64,000 bases of DNA from contig CAVSZB010000007.1 of the NCBI GenBank assembly GCA_963732385.1, forward strand, positions 800,001 through 864,000, read 5' to 3'. Origin of the DNA: an uncultured bacterium. GTDB taxonomy: Bacteria; Krumholzibacteriota; Krumholzibacteriia; LZORAL124-64-63. The notes under the pieces are model-generated. The model did no database searches, was not told the DNA's origin, and saw nothing but the letters and a program-made list of their open reading frames with translations. This document shows positions 1 to 9,876 of this stretch, in pieces (position 1 is the stretch's first letter; each line of letters starts with the position of its first letter). The translations under genes and the position numbers were made by a program.

Positions 1-810
1 TTCGGCCAGATCCCAGCGGAACGGCCGGCCTTCGCGCAGGGTCACGCCGCGGGCGATCAGATCGGAGCGGGTGAGCCGGTTCCCCGTGATCGACATCTTC
101 CCGACGACGTAGGCCGGCCCCGGTTCGATCCGGTAGGTCAGCACCGCCGAGCGGCGCGACGAATCGGCGGTGGCCGTCGTGACGAGTTGCGGTTCGATCC
201 GCGCGCGCAGGAAGCCGAGGTCCCAGTAGCGGCTCCGCAGCAGATAGAGATCAGGACCGAGGTCGTTCAGATCGGCCGGGACCGGCCGCTCCTCGACGAA
301 ACGCAGCCCCGCGCGCAGCCGGCTCTCTTCCAGGGGGCCGACGCCGTCGAACACCAGCCGTTCGAGGTAGGTGCGCGGCCCTTCGCGCACACCGATGTAG
401 ACGACATCCCCGCGGCCGCGCCGGTCCCTTGCGATCGAATCGAGCCCGGCGGAGGCGGCGTGGAAACCCCGCTGCCGGTAGTAGCGCTGGATCACCCGTA
501 ATTCGGCATCGAGCAGTTCCGGCTGGTAGCGGGCCATCCGCAGGGGATGCAACAGACTCGGCTCGCTGATCTTCAGGATCGACTTCAGTTCATCGGTGGA
601 GAGGACGCGGTTGCCCGCGATCACGATCCGGTGCAGGGTGTGCTGCTCGAGGCCGAAGTCCAGTTCGTCGGCCGCCGCGGCGGGGTGCGCCGCCGTCGTC
701 ACCAGTGCCACCAGCAGCGCGAGCACCGCCAGCGCGGCGCCCGGCGTCAGGCCGACCGCAGCGGTCGAGCGCCGACCGTTGGTTGACTCCCGGCAGATGA
801 GGCTCGACAT
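1..810 (-). CDS. Omp85 (BamA/TamA) family outer-membrane protein, POTRA-containing N-terminal part; runs off the window start
   Basis: Manual translation from ATG at 810: signal-like hydrophobic stretch (ALAVLALLVALVTTA), then POTRA-like segments IVIAGNRVLSTDELK, YYRQRGF, IEPGPAYVVGKMSITGNRLTRSDLI; open to position 1. Confidence 0.8.
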   Translation of the reverse strand, partial: MSSLICRESTNGRRSTAAVGLTPGAALAVLALLVALVTTAAHPAAAADELDFGLEQHTLHRIVIAGNRVLSTDELKSILKISEPSLLHPLRMARYQPELLDAELRVIQRYYRQRGFHAASAGLDSIARDRRGRGDVVYIGVREGPRTYLERLVFDGVGPLEESRLRAGLRFVEERPVPADLNDLGPDLYLLRSRYWDLGFLRARIEPQLVTTATADSSRRSAVLTYRIEPGPAYVVGKMSITGNRLTRSDLIARGVTLREGRPFRWDLAE

Positions 811-902
811 TGTTTCCCTGTCCGCGGCCGTCCGGCCGCGACTCCGGTCGCCCCGCCCGCGGCGCCGGGGGAAGCGGCAGCTCACCGGGCGGAGGCCAGC
901 GC

Positions 903-1313
903 ATGACGCCCTTGAAGCACCGCGTGCCGGTTCTGGTTCCGTTTCTTGCCGCCGTCTGCCTGGCGACCGGGCCGGGCTGCGCCCGCCGCAGTGAGACACT
1001 CCAACTCGCCGACCTGACCTCCACGGAGAAACTCTACGTGGAGCGCTTCGTCACCCTTGAGCGCGCCCGCGCCGTGGCGCTGGCCGATCCCGATCGCGGC
1101 GATGCGCTGCTCGATTCCCTCGGCCGCGCCTGGAGCGACAGCGCGCTCGAATGGACGCTGCACACCCTGCCCAAAGAGCCGCGCCGTCTGGCCGGCATGT
1201 ACGCTCTGCTCAGCCGCATCCTTATCGCCGAGAACGACTCCCTCGTGAAAGCGCCCCTGACGCGCCGCCTGCGAGCGCCACTGCCCGATCCGAAGCCGCT
1301 CAGCGCCCCGTGA
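903..1313 (+). CDS. Hypothetical lipoprotein
   Basis: ATG at 903 after GGAGG; MTPLKHRVPVLVPFLAAVCLATGPG-C resembles a lipoprotein signal; protein-like composition. Confidence 0.6.
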   Translation: MTPLKHRVPVLVPFLAAVCLATGPGCARRSETLQLADLTSTEKLYVERFVTLERARAVALADPDRGDALLDSLGRAWSDSALEWTLHTLPKEPRRLAGMYALLSRILIAENDSLVKAPLTRRLRAPLPDPKPLSAP

Positions 1314-2703
1314 CCTTCAGCACATCCACGACGATCACGAAAGTCATGAACAACAACAGCAGGATCAATCCCACCTGGGTGGCGATCGCCTGCACGCGCT
1401 CGTTGACCCGCTGGCGTGTCACCAGTTCGTAAACGATGAACAGCACGTGGCCGCCGTCGAGCACGGGGATCGGCAGCAGATTCAGCAGGAACAGGTTCAC
1501 CGAGAAGAACGCGATGAACTGCATCAGATGGCCGAAACTCCAGCGCAGCATCTCGCCGGCCACCTGGCCGATCCGGATCGGTCCGCCGACCGCATCGAGT
1601 CCGAGGTGCGGCAGCCGCGCAATGCTCAGCACCGTTTCGCGGATCGTGCCCCAGGTCGCGTTGAAACCGATCCTCAGCGCCGGCCCGAGCCCGACGCGCC
1701 GGCGCTCATACAGGCGCTCGAAGTAGATTCGACCGATGGCGGTGCCCGGCTCCACCTCCGCCCGCTCCGGCACGACTTCCGCCTCCAACGACCTTCCGTC
1801 GCGCTCCCACCGCATGCGGACCGGCTGGTCCGGCTTGCGGTTGATCACCTGGGCGATGGCGCCGAATGAGGTGACCAGCGAATCGTCAACCGCCTCGATG
1901 CGGTCGCCGACCCGCAGGCCGGCCCGGTCGGCAGGCCCCCGGCGCTGCACCAGCCCGACAACGGTGTCCCAGGGATCGAGACCGATCGACCAGTAGCGGC
2001 CGTCCGCCTCGCGGCGCGGAGTCAGGGTCAGCTTCAGCACGCGACCCGCGCGCATCACCTCCACCGGCACCGGACGCGCCACCGCACTGCGCGCTCCGTC
2101 CTGCGGCACGAGACCGGTCAGCACATCGTCCCACAACGCGACCGGCCGGCCATCCACCCGCAGCACCTGGTCCCCCACGGCAAATCCGGCGGCCTCGGCC
2201 GGCGATCCGGCGGCCACCGCTCCCACGCGCGTGATCGGGATTTCCACCAGCCCCGACTGCAGGATGATTCCCGTATAGACCAGGAAGGCGAGCAGCAGGT
2301 TCGCCAGCGGTCCCGCAACCACGACGGCCAGCCGCTGCCAGGCCGGGCGGCGATTGAAGTGGCGATGTTCGGGGATGTGCGTCTCCCCGGCGGCCGCCTC
2401 GCGATTGCCCTCGACGGTGCCGACCGGATAATGCCGCTCCTGCCCCGTCCCGGTGTCCTGGATCTCCTCCATGACCCCTTCGCCGGCCATTTTCACATAG
2501 CCGCCGAACGGCACGATCGACAGCGCGTATTCCGTTTCGCCGAAACGCCGACTCAGCAGCTTCGGACCGAAGCCGAGGGAGAAAGTCTTGACGTAGATGC
2601 CTACGGCCTTGCAGACCAGGAAGTGTCCGAGTTCGTGCACGATGATCACGAGCCCGAGCGTGAAGACGAAGGCGAACAGGGTGATCGGCAGATTGCTGAA
2701 CAA
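1300..2703 (-). CDS. rseP: RIP metalloprotease RseP (M50, two PDZ domains)
   Basis: HELGH, FSLGFGP, GGYVKM, AGPLAN, NLLPIPVLDGGH motifs; follows dxr. Confidence 0.95.
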   Translation of the reverse strand: MFSNLPITLFAFVFTLGLVIIVHELGHFLVCKAVGIYVKTFSLGFGPKLLSRRFGETEYALSIVPFGGYVKMAGEGVMEEIQDTGTGQERHYPVGTVEGNREAAAGETHIPEHRHFNRRPAWQRLAVVVAGPLANLLLAFLVYTGIILQSGLVEIPITRVGAVAAGSPAEAAGFAVGDQVLRVDGRPVALWDDVLTGLVPQDGARSAVARPVPVEVMRAGRVLKLTLTPRREADGRYWSIGLDPWDTVVGLVQRRGPADRAGLRVGDRIEAVDDSLVTSFGAIAQVINRKPDQPVRMRWERDGRSLEAEVVPERAEVEPGTAIGRIYFERLYERRRVGLGPALRIGFNATWGTIRETVLSIARLPHLGLDAVGGPIRIGQVAGEMLRWSFGHLMQFIAFFSVNLFLLNLLPIPVLDGGHVLFIVYELVTRQRVNERVQAIATQVGLILLLLFMTFVIVVDVLKVTGR

Positions 2704-2727
2704 AAGGCCTCCTTGCCGGCACGGGCG

Positions 2728-3963
2728 TCAGGCGGCGCCGGCGGCGATCCGACGCGCCTGCTGATCGACGACGAGCGCCTCCTCCAGGCCCTCCACCGGC
2801 CCGCCGGGGATCGCCGCCAGAGTGCGCTCGATGACGGCGGCGATCTCCGCGAAACGAAGCCTGCCCGCCAGCAGGCCGGCCACGGCGATCTCGTTTGCCG
2901 CGTTCAGCACGATCGGCGCCCGCCCTCCCGCCTCGGCCGCCCGCCGCGCGAGGGCCAGGCAGGGAAAACGGACCAAATCGGGCGACGCGAAGCACAGCGT
3001 CCCGATCCGGACCAAATCTAGCCGCTCCGTGGCCAGCGGCCAATGCCTTTCTCCCGCCAGCGCGTAGAGCAGCGGCACGCGCATGTCCGGAACGCCGAGT
3101 TGCGCCATGACGGCCCCGTCCCGGAATGTAACGAGCGAATGCACCAGCGATCCGGGGTGCACGACCACGCCGATGTCGGCATACGGCACGCCGAACAGGT
3201 GATGCGCCTCGATCACCTCCAGCCCCTTGTTCATCATGGTGGCCGAATCGATCGTCACCTTGGGCCCCATGTTCCAGGTCGGATGGCGCAGGACATCCGC
3301 CAGAACCGCGTCCCGCAGCCGTTCCGCCGGCCAATCGTGGAACGGTCCGCCGGAAGCGGTCAGCGTGAGCGACTCGATTTCCGCCGCGGCGCGACCCGCG
3401 AGGCCCTGGGCAATCGCCGAATGCTCGGAATCGACCGGCAGCAGGCGGGCTCCGCTCGCCGCGGCCGCGGCGCGCACCAGCTCCCCCCCCACCACGAGCG
3501 ATTCCTTGTTGGCCAGGGCGACGCAGGTGCCGCGTCCCACGGCCGCAAGGGTCGGCGCAAGGCCGACGGCGCCGACGAGGGCGTTGACCACTACATCCGC
3601 CTCCGGCCACGCGGCCGCCTCGCACAGCCCTGCCGCCCCCGGCGACAACAGCCGCGCGCGCCAGCCGGGCCAGGCCGCGGCCCGGGCGCGCGCCGCCTCA
3701 TCGGCCAGGGCGATCCGCGGCGCCGCCGCGTCGGGCGCAGACTCGGCCACGCCGGCCAGCAGCTCCGCCAGTTCCTCGGCCCGCGTCGCGGCGGTCGCCG
3801 CCACGAGTTGCAGACGACCGGGAAACCGCCGCACCAAATCGATGGTCTGCCGTCCGATCGAGCCGGTGGCCCCCAGAAGCACCACCCGTACCGGCCCGCT
3901 CCGGACGGGCGCTTCGGCCCGGCAGCGGTACAGGGGGGGCAGCGAAGAGCGAGCGTCGCTCAT
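2728..3963 (-). CDS. dxr: 1-deoxy-D-xylulose 5-phosphate reductoisomerase
   Basis: LGATGSIG, LANKESLV, PVDSEHSAI, HPTWNMGPKVTIDSATMMNKGLE. Confidence 0.97.
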   Translation of the reverse strand: MSDARSSLPPLYRCRAEAPVRSGPVRVVLLGATGSIGRQTIDLVRRFPGRLQLVAATAATRAEELAELLAGVAESAPDAAAPRIALADEAARARAAAWPGWRARLLSPGAAGLCEAAAWPEADVVVNALVGAVGLAPTLAAVGRGTCVALANKESLVVGGELVRAAAAASGARLLPVDSEHSAIAQGLAGRAAAEIESLTLTASGGPFHDWPAERLRDAVLADVLRHPTWNMGPKVTIDSATMMNKGLEVIEAHHLFGVPYADIGVVVHPGSLVHSLVTFRDGAVMAQLGVPDMRVPLLYALAGERHWPLATERLDLVRIGTLCFASPDLVRFPCLALARRAAEAGGRAPIVLNAANEIAVAGLLAGRLRFAEIAAVIERTLAAIPGGPVEGLEEALVVDQQARRIAAGAA

Positions 3964-3988
3964 GGCGCGCAGTACCTCCGGGCGCCCG

Positions 3989-4882
3989 TCAGAAGACGAA
4001 AGCGCGCAGGTAGTAGTAGGCGAACGGAGCGGTGAACAGCAGGGAGTCGAAGCGGTCGAGGATCCCGCCGTGGCCCGGGATCGTCAGGGCACCCCCGGAA
4101 TCCTTGATGCCGACGTCCCGTTTCAGCAGCGACTCCACGAGATCGCCGAGCAACCCGCACACGCCGAGCCCTGCCCCCAGCAGCGCCCCGGCGAAGGGGG
4201 TCAGGAACGACGCGAAGGTGAGCGCGCACGCGGTCCCCGCACCGGCGGCGATCAGGATTCCGCCCGCCGCCCCCTCCACGGTCTTGCCGGGACTCACCCG
4301 CGGCAGCAGCCGGCGCCGTCCCCACGCCACGCCGACCAGATAAGCGCCGGTATCGGCGGCCCAGGTCACCGCCAGCACCAGCACCACCGCCCGCACCCCC
4401 AGGCCGTCGGGCGCCCCGGTCAGCCGGGGCAACTCCCGCAGCAGGACCAGGTGACTGCCCAGCCAGCCAACGTAGAGAACACCCAGCACCGTAATGGCAA
4501 TGTGGTTCGTGGGATGGGCAATGTCCTTGCGAAACAGCTCGAAGATCATGATCAGCAACAGCGTCATGGTGAGCAGCAGCGAGATGGTGGCGCCGCCCCG
4601 ATAGACGTGCCAGCAGACCGCCAGCCCGCACAACATACCGATCGCCCGGTACGGCCGATAGCCCTTGGCCACCATCATCGCGTAGAACTCGCGCAGCCCG
4701 AGGAAGATGATCAGGCCGACCAGCAGGAGAAAATGCACGCCGCCCCGCCAGGTGATCGCGAGCAGGCAGGGGACGCCGATCAGACTGACCAGCGCCCGCG
4801 GCACGAAACCGGTGCCTCGATAGCGCCGCCAGCGTGAGGACGCACCACCGGGCGGAGCGACCGCCACCGGCGTCGCCTTCAC
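3989..4882 (-). CDS. cdsA: Phosphatidate cytidylyltransferase
   Basis: Multi-TM; DTGAY, SPGKTVEG, ESLLKRDVGIKDSG, PGHGGILDRFDS. Confidence 0.95.
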   Translation of the reverse strand: MKATPVAVAPPGGASSRWRRYRGTGFVPRALVSLIGVPCLLAITWRGGVHFLLLVGLIIFLGLREFYAMMVAKGYRPYRAIGMLCGLAVCWHVYRGGATISLLLTMTLLLIMIFELFRKDIAHPTNHIAITVLGVLYVGWLGSHLVLLRELPRLTGAPDGLGVRAVVLVLAVTWAADTGAYLVGVAWGRRRLLPRVSPGKTVEGAAGGILIAAGAGTACALTFASFLTPFAGALLGAGLGVCGLLGDLVESLLKRDVGIKDSGGALTIPGHGGILDRFDSLLFTAPFAYYYLRAFVF

Positions 4883-5730
4883 GAACGGATCCTCAGCAGC
4901 CGCTTCCAGCGGGCGGGATCCCGCGCATCGACCGCGGCCGGCGGCTCAGCCCCGCCGTCGCGCACGTCTCCGAAGCGCCGGTCGCGGTCCTGGTAGTCGG
5001 CCACCGCCAGCAGCAGGTCTCGCGGACCGAAGTCCGGCCACAGCACCGGCGTGACGTGCATCTCGGCATAGGCCGACTGCCAGAGCAGGAAATTGCTGAG
5101 CCGGTGTTCGCCGCTCGTGCGCACGATCAGATCGGGATCGGGCAGGTCGGGAGCGTACAGGCCGGCGCGCAGCGCCGCCTCGTCGATGGCCGCGGGATCG
5201 AGCTCACCGGTCGCCGCCAGCCGCGCCAGCCGCGCCGCGGCGCGCAAGATCTCCTGCCGGCCGCCATAGGCAAGGGCAAGATTGAGCAGCAGGCCGTCGT
5301 TGCCGGCCAGCGCCGCGATCGTGGCGTCGAGCACCGCCCGCGCCCGCTGGGGAATGACGTCGAGCTCCCCCGTGGCGACCAGGCGCACCCGCTGCGCCGC
5401 GAGTTCGTCGCGCTCGGCGCCGAGGGTCTCCTCGAGAAACAGCCAGAGCGCCCGCACCTCGGCCGGCGGACGCTTCCAGTTCTCCTGCGAAAACGTGTAG
5501 AGGGTCAAAACCCGCACGCCGAGACGGCCGCAGATCGTCACCGCGCGACGCACCGCATGACGTCCGGCCCGATGCCCCGCCACGCGCGGCAGCCGGCGGT
5601 GCTGCGCCCAGCGGCCATTGCCGTCCATGATGATTCCGATATGGCGCGGCAGATTGCCCTGCGCCAGGGCCCGCGCCAGCAGTTCTTCCTCGCCGAGGCC
5701 GGCGAGTGCTTCGAGCCGATCTGGCGACAA
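4879..5730 (-). CDS. uppS: Undecaprenyl diphosphate synthase (cis-prenyltransferase)
   Basis: HIGIIMDGNGRWA, FSQENWKRP, RTSGEHRLSNFLLWQSAYAE. Confidence 0.96.
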   Translation of the reverse strand: MSPDRLEALAGLGEEELLARALAQGNLPRHIGIIMDGNGRWAQHRRLPRVAGHRAGRHAVRRAVTICGRLGVRVLTLYTFSQENWKRPPAEVRALWLFLEETLGAERDELAAQRVRLVATGELDVIPQRARAVLDATIAALAGNDGLLLNLALAYGGRQEILRAAARLARLAATGELDPAAIDEAALRAGLYAPDLPDPDLIVRTSGEHRLSNFLLWQSAYAEMHVTPVLWPDFGPRDLLLAVADYQDRDRRFGDVRDGGAEPPAAVDARDPARWKRLLRIRS

Positions 5731-5775
5731 GGCGCCTCCGTCCGCGCCACCGCGCAGCCGCGCCGTCGCGGTCAG

Positions 5776-6333
5776 CTACAGCGACATGATTTCCGCTTCG
5801 CGAGCCTTGGCGATCTCGTCGATCTCGCCGCCGAAGCGGTCGGTGAGCTTCTGGATGTCGGCTCGCGCATTGCTGATTTCGTCCTCAGGGGCGCCGCCAT
5901 CCTTGTCGATCTTCTTCAGCTTGTCGTTGGCGTCCTGCCGCGCCTTGCGCACGGCGATCTTCCCCTCCTCCGCGATCTCGCGCGCCAGCTTCGTGTATTC
6001 GCGCCGCCGTTCCTCCGTCAACTCGGGGATCGGCACGCGCACCACGAGGCCGTCGCTGGACGGGTTGAGGCCGAGATTGCTGGCGCGGATCGCCTTCTCG
6101 ATCGCCCCAATAACCGTGCGATCATACGGCGCGACTGTCAGCAGGCGAGGCTCCGGCGCCGCCACGCTGGCGAGCTGGTTGAGCGGCATCTGGCTGTCAT
6201 AGCAGTCGATCCGCAGGCCGTCAAGCAGGGCGGGCGAAGCCTTGCCGGTGCGCAGCTTGCCCAGCCGCGTGCGCACGGCATCACGAGCGGCCGTCATCTG
6301 GTCCTGGGCGTGCTGTTTCACATCCTTGATCAT
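5776..6333 (-). CDS. frr: Ribosome recycling factor
   Basis: 185 aa from MIKDVKQ; LRTGKASP, NLGLNP, PELTEERR; ATG overlaps pyrH stop. Confidence 0.96.
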   Translation of the reverse strand: MIKDVKQHAQDQMTAARDAVRTRLGKLRTGKASPALLDGLRIDCYDSQMPLNQLASVAAPEPRLLTVAPYDRTVIGAIEKAIRASNLGLNPSSDGLVVRVPIPELTEERRREYTKLAREIAEEGKIAVRKARQDANDKLKKIDKDGGAPEDEISNARADIQKLTDRFGGEIDEIAKAREAEIMSL

Positions 6334-7049
6334 GGCGCCTGCTCCTTTGCGATCCAGGTCCCCTGCAGTTCCCCGGAAAGGACCCGCAGCAGATTGCGCG
6401 GGTCCGCAATGTCGAACACCACGATAGGCAGCCCCTGCTCGGCGCACAGGGAGATGGCGGTGAGGTCCATCACGCCGAGGCGGCGCTCTAGCACCTCGTC
6501 ATAGGTGAGACGGTCGAAGCGACGGGCGTCGGGATGGCGACGCGGGTCCTTGTCGTACACGCCGTCCACCTGCGTGCCCTTCAGCAGCACGTCCGCCCCG
6601 ATCTCGGCGGCCCGCAGCGCGGCCGCGGTGTCGGTGGTGAAGAACGGGTTGCCGGTCCCCCCGCCGAACAGCACGACCTGCCCCTGGTGCAGCAGCGGCT
6701 TGACCGCCTCGCGCGAGAACGCCCAGGTCAGCGGCACCGTCTCGCGCGGCGAGAAGATGCGCGCCATCGCCCCCTCGGCCCGCAGGTAATCGCGCAACAC
6801 CGCTGCGTTCATGATCGTCGCCAACATGCCCACGTGGTCGGCCGTCACGCGACCGAGCACCTCGAGACTGGCCGATCGGGCGCGGAAGATGTTGCCGGCC
6901 CCGACGACCACCCCGATCTGCACCCCCTCCTGGGCGACCTGGGCAATCACCCGCGCAAGGGCCGTCAGCCGGGCATGACCGTACTGCTCGCCCCCCTCGC
7001 CCATGAGGGCTTCACCGCTCAGTTTCAGCAGGACTCTTGAAAATCGCAT
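6330..7049 (-). CDS. pyrH: UMP kinase
   Basis: LLKLSGEAL, GTGNPFFTTDTAAALRA, VDGVYDKDP. Confidence 0.97.
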   Translation of the reverse strand: MRFSRVLLKLSGEALMGEGGEQYGHARLTALARVIAQVAQEGVQIGVVVGAGNIFRARSASLEVLGRVTADHVGMLATIMNAAVLRDYLRAEGAMARIFSPRETVPLTWAFSREAVKPLLHQGQVVLFGGGTGNPFFTTDTAAALRAAEIGADVLLKGTQVDGVYDKDPRRHPDARRFDRLTYDEVLERRLGVMDLTAISLCAEQGLPIVVFDIADPRNLLRVLSGELQGTWIAKEQAP

Positions 7050-7090
7050 GACCGGCCAGGTGAGTGCGGCGCAGGCGGCGCCGGGTTATG

Positions 7091-7122
7091 AACAAGGCCC
7101 GGGCCCGCTCGGACCCGGGCCC
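7091..7122 (-). terminator. Putative intrinsic terminator / stabilising hairpin after tsf
   Basis: Minus strand GGCCCGGGTCC-GAGC-GGGCCCGGGCC followed by TTGTT (weak U tract). Confidence 0.5.
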
Positions 7123-7131
7123 GGCGCGGCC

Positions 7132-7725
7132 TCAGTGAGTGATCTGGTACCGGACGAAACGCTTCACGAGCATGTTCTCGCCCAGCTTCCCGATCACGGT
7201 CTTGAGGTAGTCACCCACCGTCAGATCGGGATCCTTCACATACTTCTGCTCGAGCAGGCAGACTTCCCCGTAGAACTTGTCTAGCTTGCCGGTGACGATC
7301 TTGTCAATCATGTTCTCCGGCTTGCCCTGTTCGCGCATCTGGGCGCGGTAGATTTCCAACTCCTGCTCGACGCGCACAGCGTCGACCTCCTCGCGCGAGA
7401 CCGCCTCCGGCGAGGACGCCGCGACATGCATCGCGAGGTTGTGTACGAGCGCCTTGAAATCGTCGGTGCGCGCCACGAAATCGGTTTCGCAATTGACCTC
7501 GATCAGCACGCCGACCTGGCCGCCGGCGTGGATGTACGCCTCCACGAGACCCTGGTTCGTGGTGCGCCCCTCCTTCTTGGCGGCCAACGAAATACCCTTC
7601 TTGCGCAACCACTCGACCGCCTTCTCGAGGTCGCCGCCGACCTCGATGAGCGCCTTCTTGCAGTCCATCATGCCGGCGTTGGTAATATCGCGGAGCTCTT
7701 TGACCTGATTCGCACTGATCGCCAT
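7132..7725 (-). CDS. tsf: Elongation factor Ts (short, 197 aa form)
   Basis: MAISANQVKELRDITNAGMMDCKKAL, EVNCETDFVA. Confidence 0.97.
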   Translation of the reverse strand: MAISANQVKELRDITNAGMMDCKKALIEVGGDLEKAVEWLRKKGISLAAKKEGRTTNQGLVEAYIHAGGQVGVLIEVNCETDFVARTDDFKALVHNLAMHVAASSPEAVSREEVDAVRVEQELEIYRAQMREQGKPENMIDKIVTGKLDKFYGEVCLLEQKYVKDPDLTVGDYLKTVIGKLGENMLVKRFVRYQITH

Positions 7726-7825
7726 GATCCCTCCCGCGCACGGTCGGCGCCCCCGGGGGCCGCCGTCCCGGCGGTGCGTGATATTCGTCCTGGAAAACGC
7801 TCCCCGGCGTACGCCGGGGCCCCCA

Positions 7826-8680
<855 letters not shown>

Positions 8681-8694
8681 GACGATTTCTCCTG

Positions 8695-8776
8695 TCGGTT
8701 ATCCTCCCCGGCCTTCACCGGCGGGGGCAGACGCCCATGGGCGCCACCGCCCCCCGCCTCCGACCGGGTGCGTGAT
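8695..8776 (-). promoter_or_regulatory. rpsB leader (t44/S2 autoregulatory-type RNA)
   Basis: Immediately upstream of rpsB; CACGCAC ... nested GC hairpins ... GGTGAAG ... GGAGGATAACC, resembling rpsB leader ends; boundaries approximate. Confidence 0.6.
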
Positions 8777-8819
8777 GGCCGCGTCCCCGAGGACACGGCG
8801 GAACAGTCCGGCAACTTCG

Positions 8820-9206
8820 CTAGCGCTTCGAGAACTGGAAACGCTTGCGGGCGCCCGCCTGTCCGTACTTCTTGCGCTCCACCATGCGGGAGTCGCGCGT
8901 CAGGTAGCCCGACTTGCGCAACGCCTTGCGGTAGCTCTCATCAGCGACGACGAGAGCCCTCGCGAGCCCATGGCGCAGCGCGCCGGCCTGTCCGGAGATG
9001 CCGCCACCCTTGACCGTCGCCCAGATGTCATACTCCGCTCCCGCCGCGACGGCGGACAGCGGCTGCAGAGCGAGCTGGGTGAGGGCCTCGCCGAAATAGT
9101 CCTTGAGCGGACGATCGTTGACGACCACCTGACCCTTGCCGACCTTCAGCCAGACGCGGGCCACCGCCGTCTTGCGCCGTCCGGTTGCATAATAGCGCTC
9201 TTCCAA
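8820..9206 (-). CDS. rpsI: 30S ribosomal protein S9
   Basis: TGRRKTAVARV, GGGISGQAGA, ERKKYG...ARKRFQFSKR; TTG start after GGAGG. Confidence 0.98.
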   Translation of the reverse strand: MEERYYATGRRKTAVARVWLKVGKGQVVVNDRPLKDYFGEALTQLALQPLSAVAAGAEYDIWATVKGGGISGQAGALRHGLARALVVADESYRKALRKSGYLTRDSRMVERKKYGQAGARKRFQFSKR

Positions 9207-9252
9207 GACTTCACCTCCTCGCCGCGGAACGACCAGGGACGGCCCCGGTGGA

Positions 9253-9690
9253 TCAGCTCAGCTCGAATCGCCGCGGCTGCTGCGCGACGTGCGGATGCTG
9301 CGCGCCCCCATAGACACGCAAATGCGTCATCAGGTGCCGGCTGAGACGGTTCTTCGGCATCATGCCCCAGACCGCCTCGTGGACCACCTTGTCCGGGCGC
9401 GATCCCAGAAGTTTCCTGAGCGGCGTTCGCTTCTGGCCGCCCATGTACCCGCTGTAGCGCAGGTACTCCTTCTTGTCCAGCTTCTGGCCGGTGAGCTTCA
9501 TCGCCGCGGCATTCACCACGACCACGCAGTCACCCATGTCCAGGTGCGGCGTGAAGGTGGGCTTGTGCTTCCCGCGGAGCAGGACCGCCACGTGGCTGGC
9601 CAGTCTCCCGAGCGGCACGTCCGTCGCGTCGATGAGCAGCCAATCCTTGGCGATCTCGCTGCCCTTGAGCGTATAGGTCCTGTTCTTCAC
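9253..9690 (-). CDS. rplM: 50S ribosomal protein L13
   Basis: LGRLAS, LRGKHKPTFTPHLDMGD, HPHVAQQP; GTG start. Confidence 0.98.
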   Translation of the reverse strand: MKNRTYTLKGSEIAKDWLLIDATDVPLGRLASHVAVLLRGKHKPTFTPHLDMGDCVVVVNAAAMKLTGQKLDKKEYLRYSGYMGGQKRTPLRKLLGSRPDKVVHEAVWGMMPKNRLSRHLMTHLRVYGGAQHPHVAQQPRRFELS

Positions 9691-9847
9691 TGCGGCGGCC
9701 TCCCCGAACGCCGTCCGGAAAACCGGCCCGGCACTCCCGCGGCCACGACACGCAGGCCCGTTCCTCGGGCCCCGCGTTCGCGGTCCGGCTGGCTATCTGC
9801 TTGCGCGATAATAAAAAAGCCGCGTCGGCGGCAATCGCGAGCGATCC

Positions 9848-9876
9848 AAGTTAGCAAAAAGGAAGGCCCCTGTCAA
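9848..9876 (-). promoter_or_regulatory. Sigma70-type promoter for rplM operon
   Basis: TTGACA-17 nt-TAACTT on minus strand. Confidence 0.7.
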
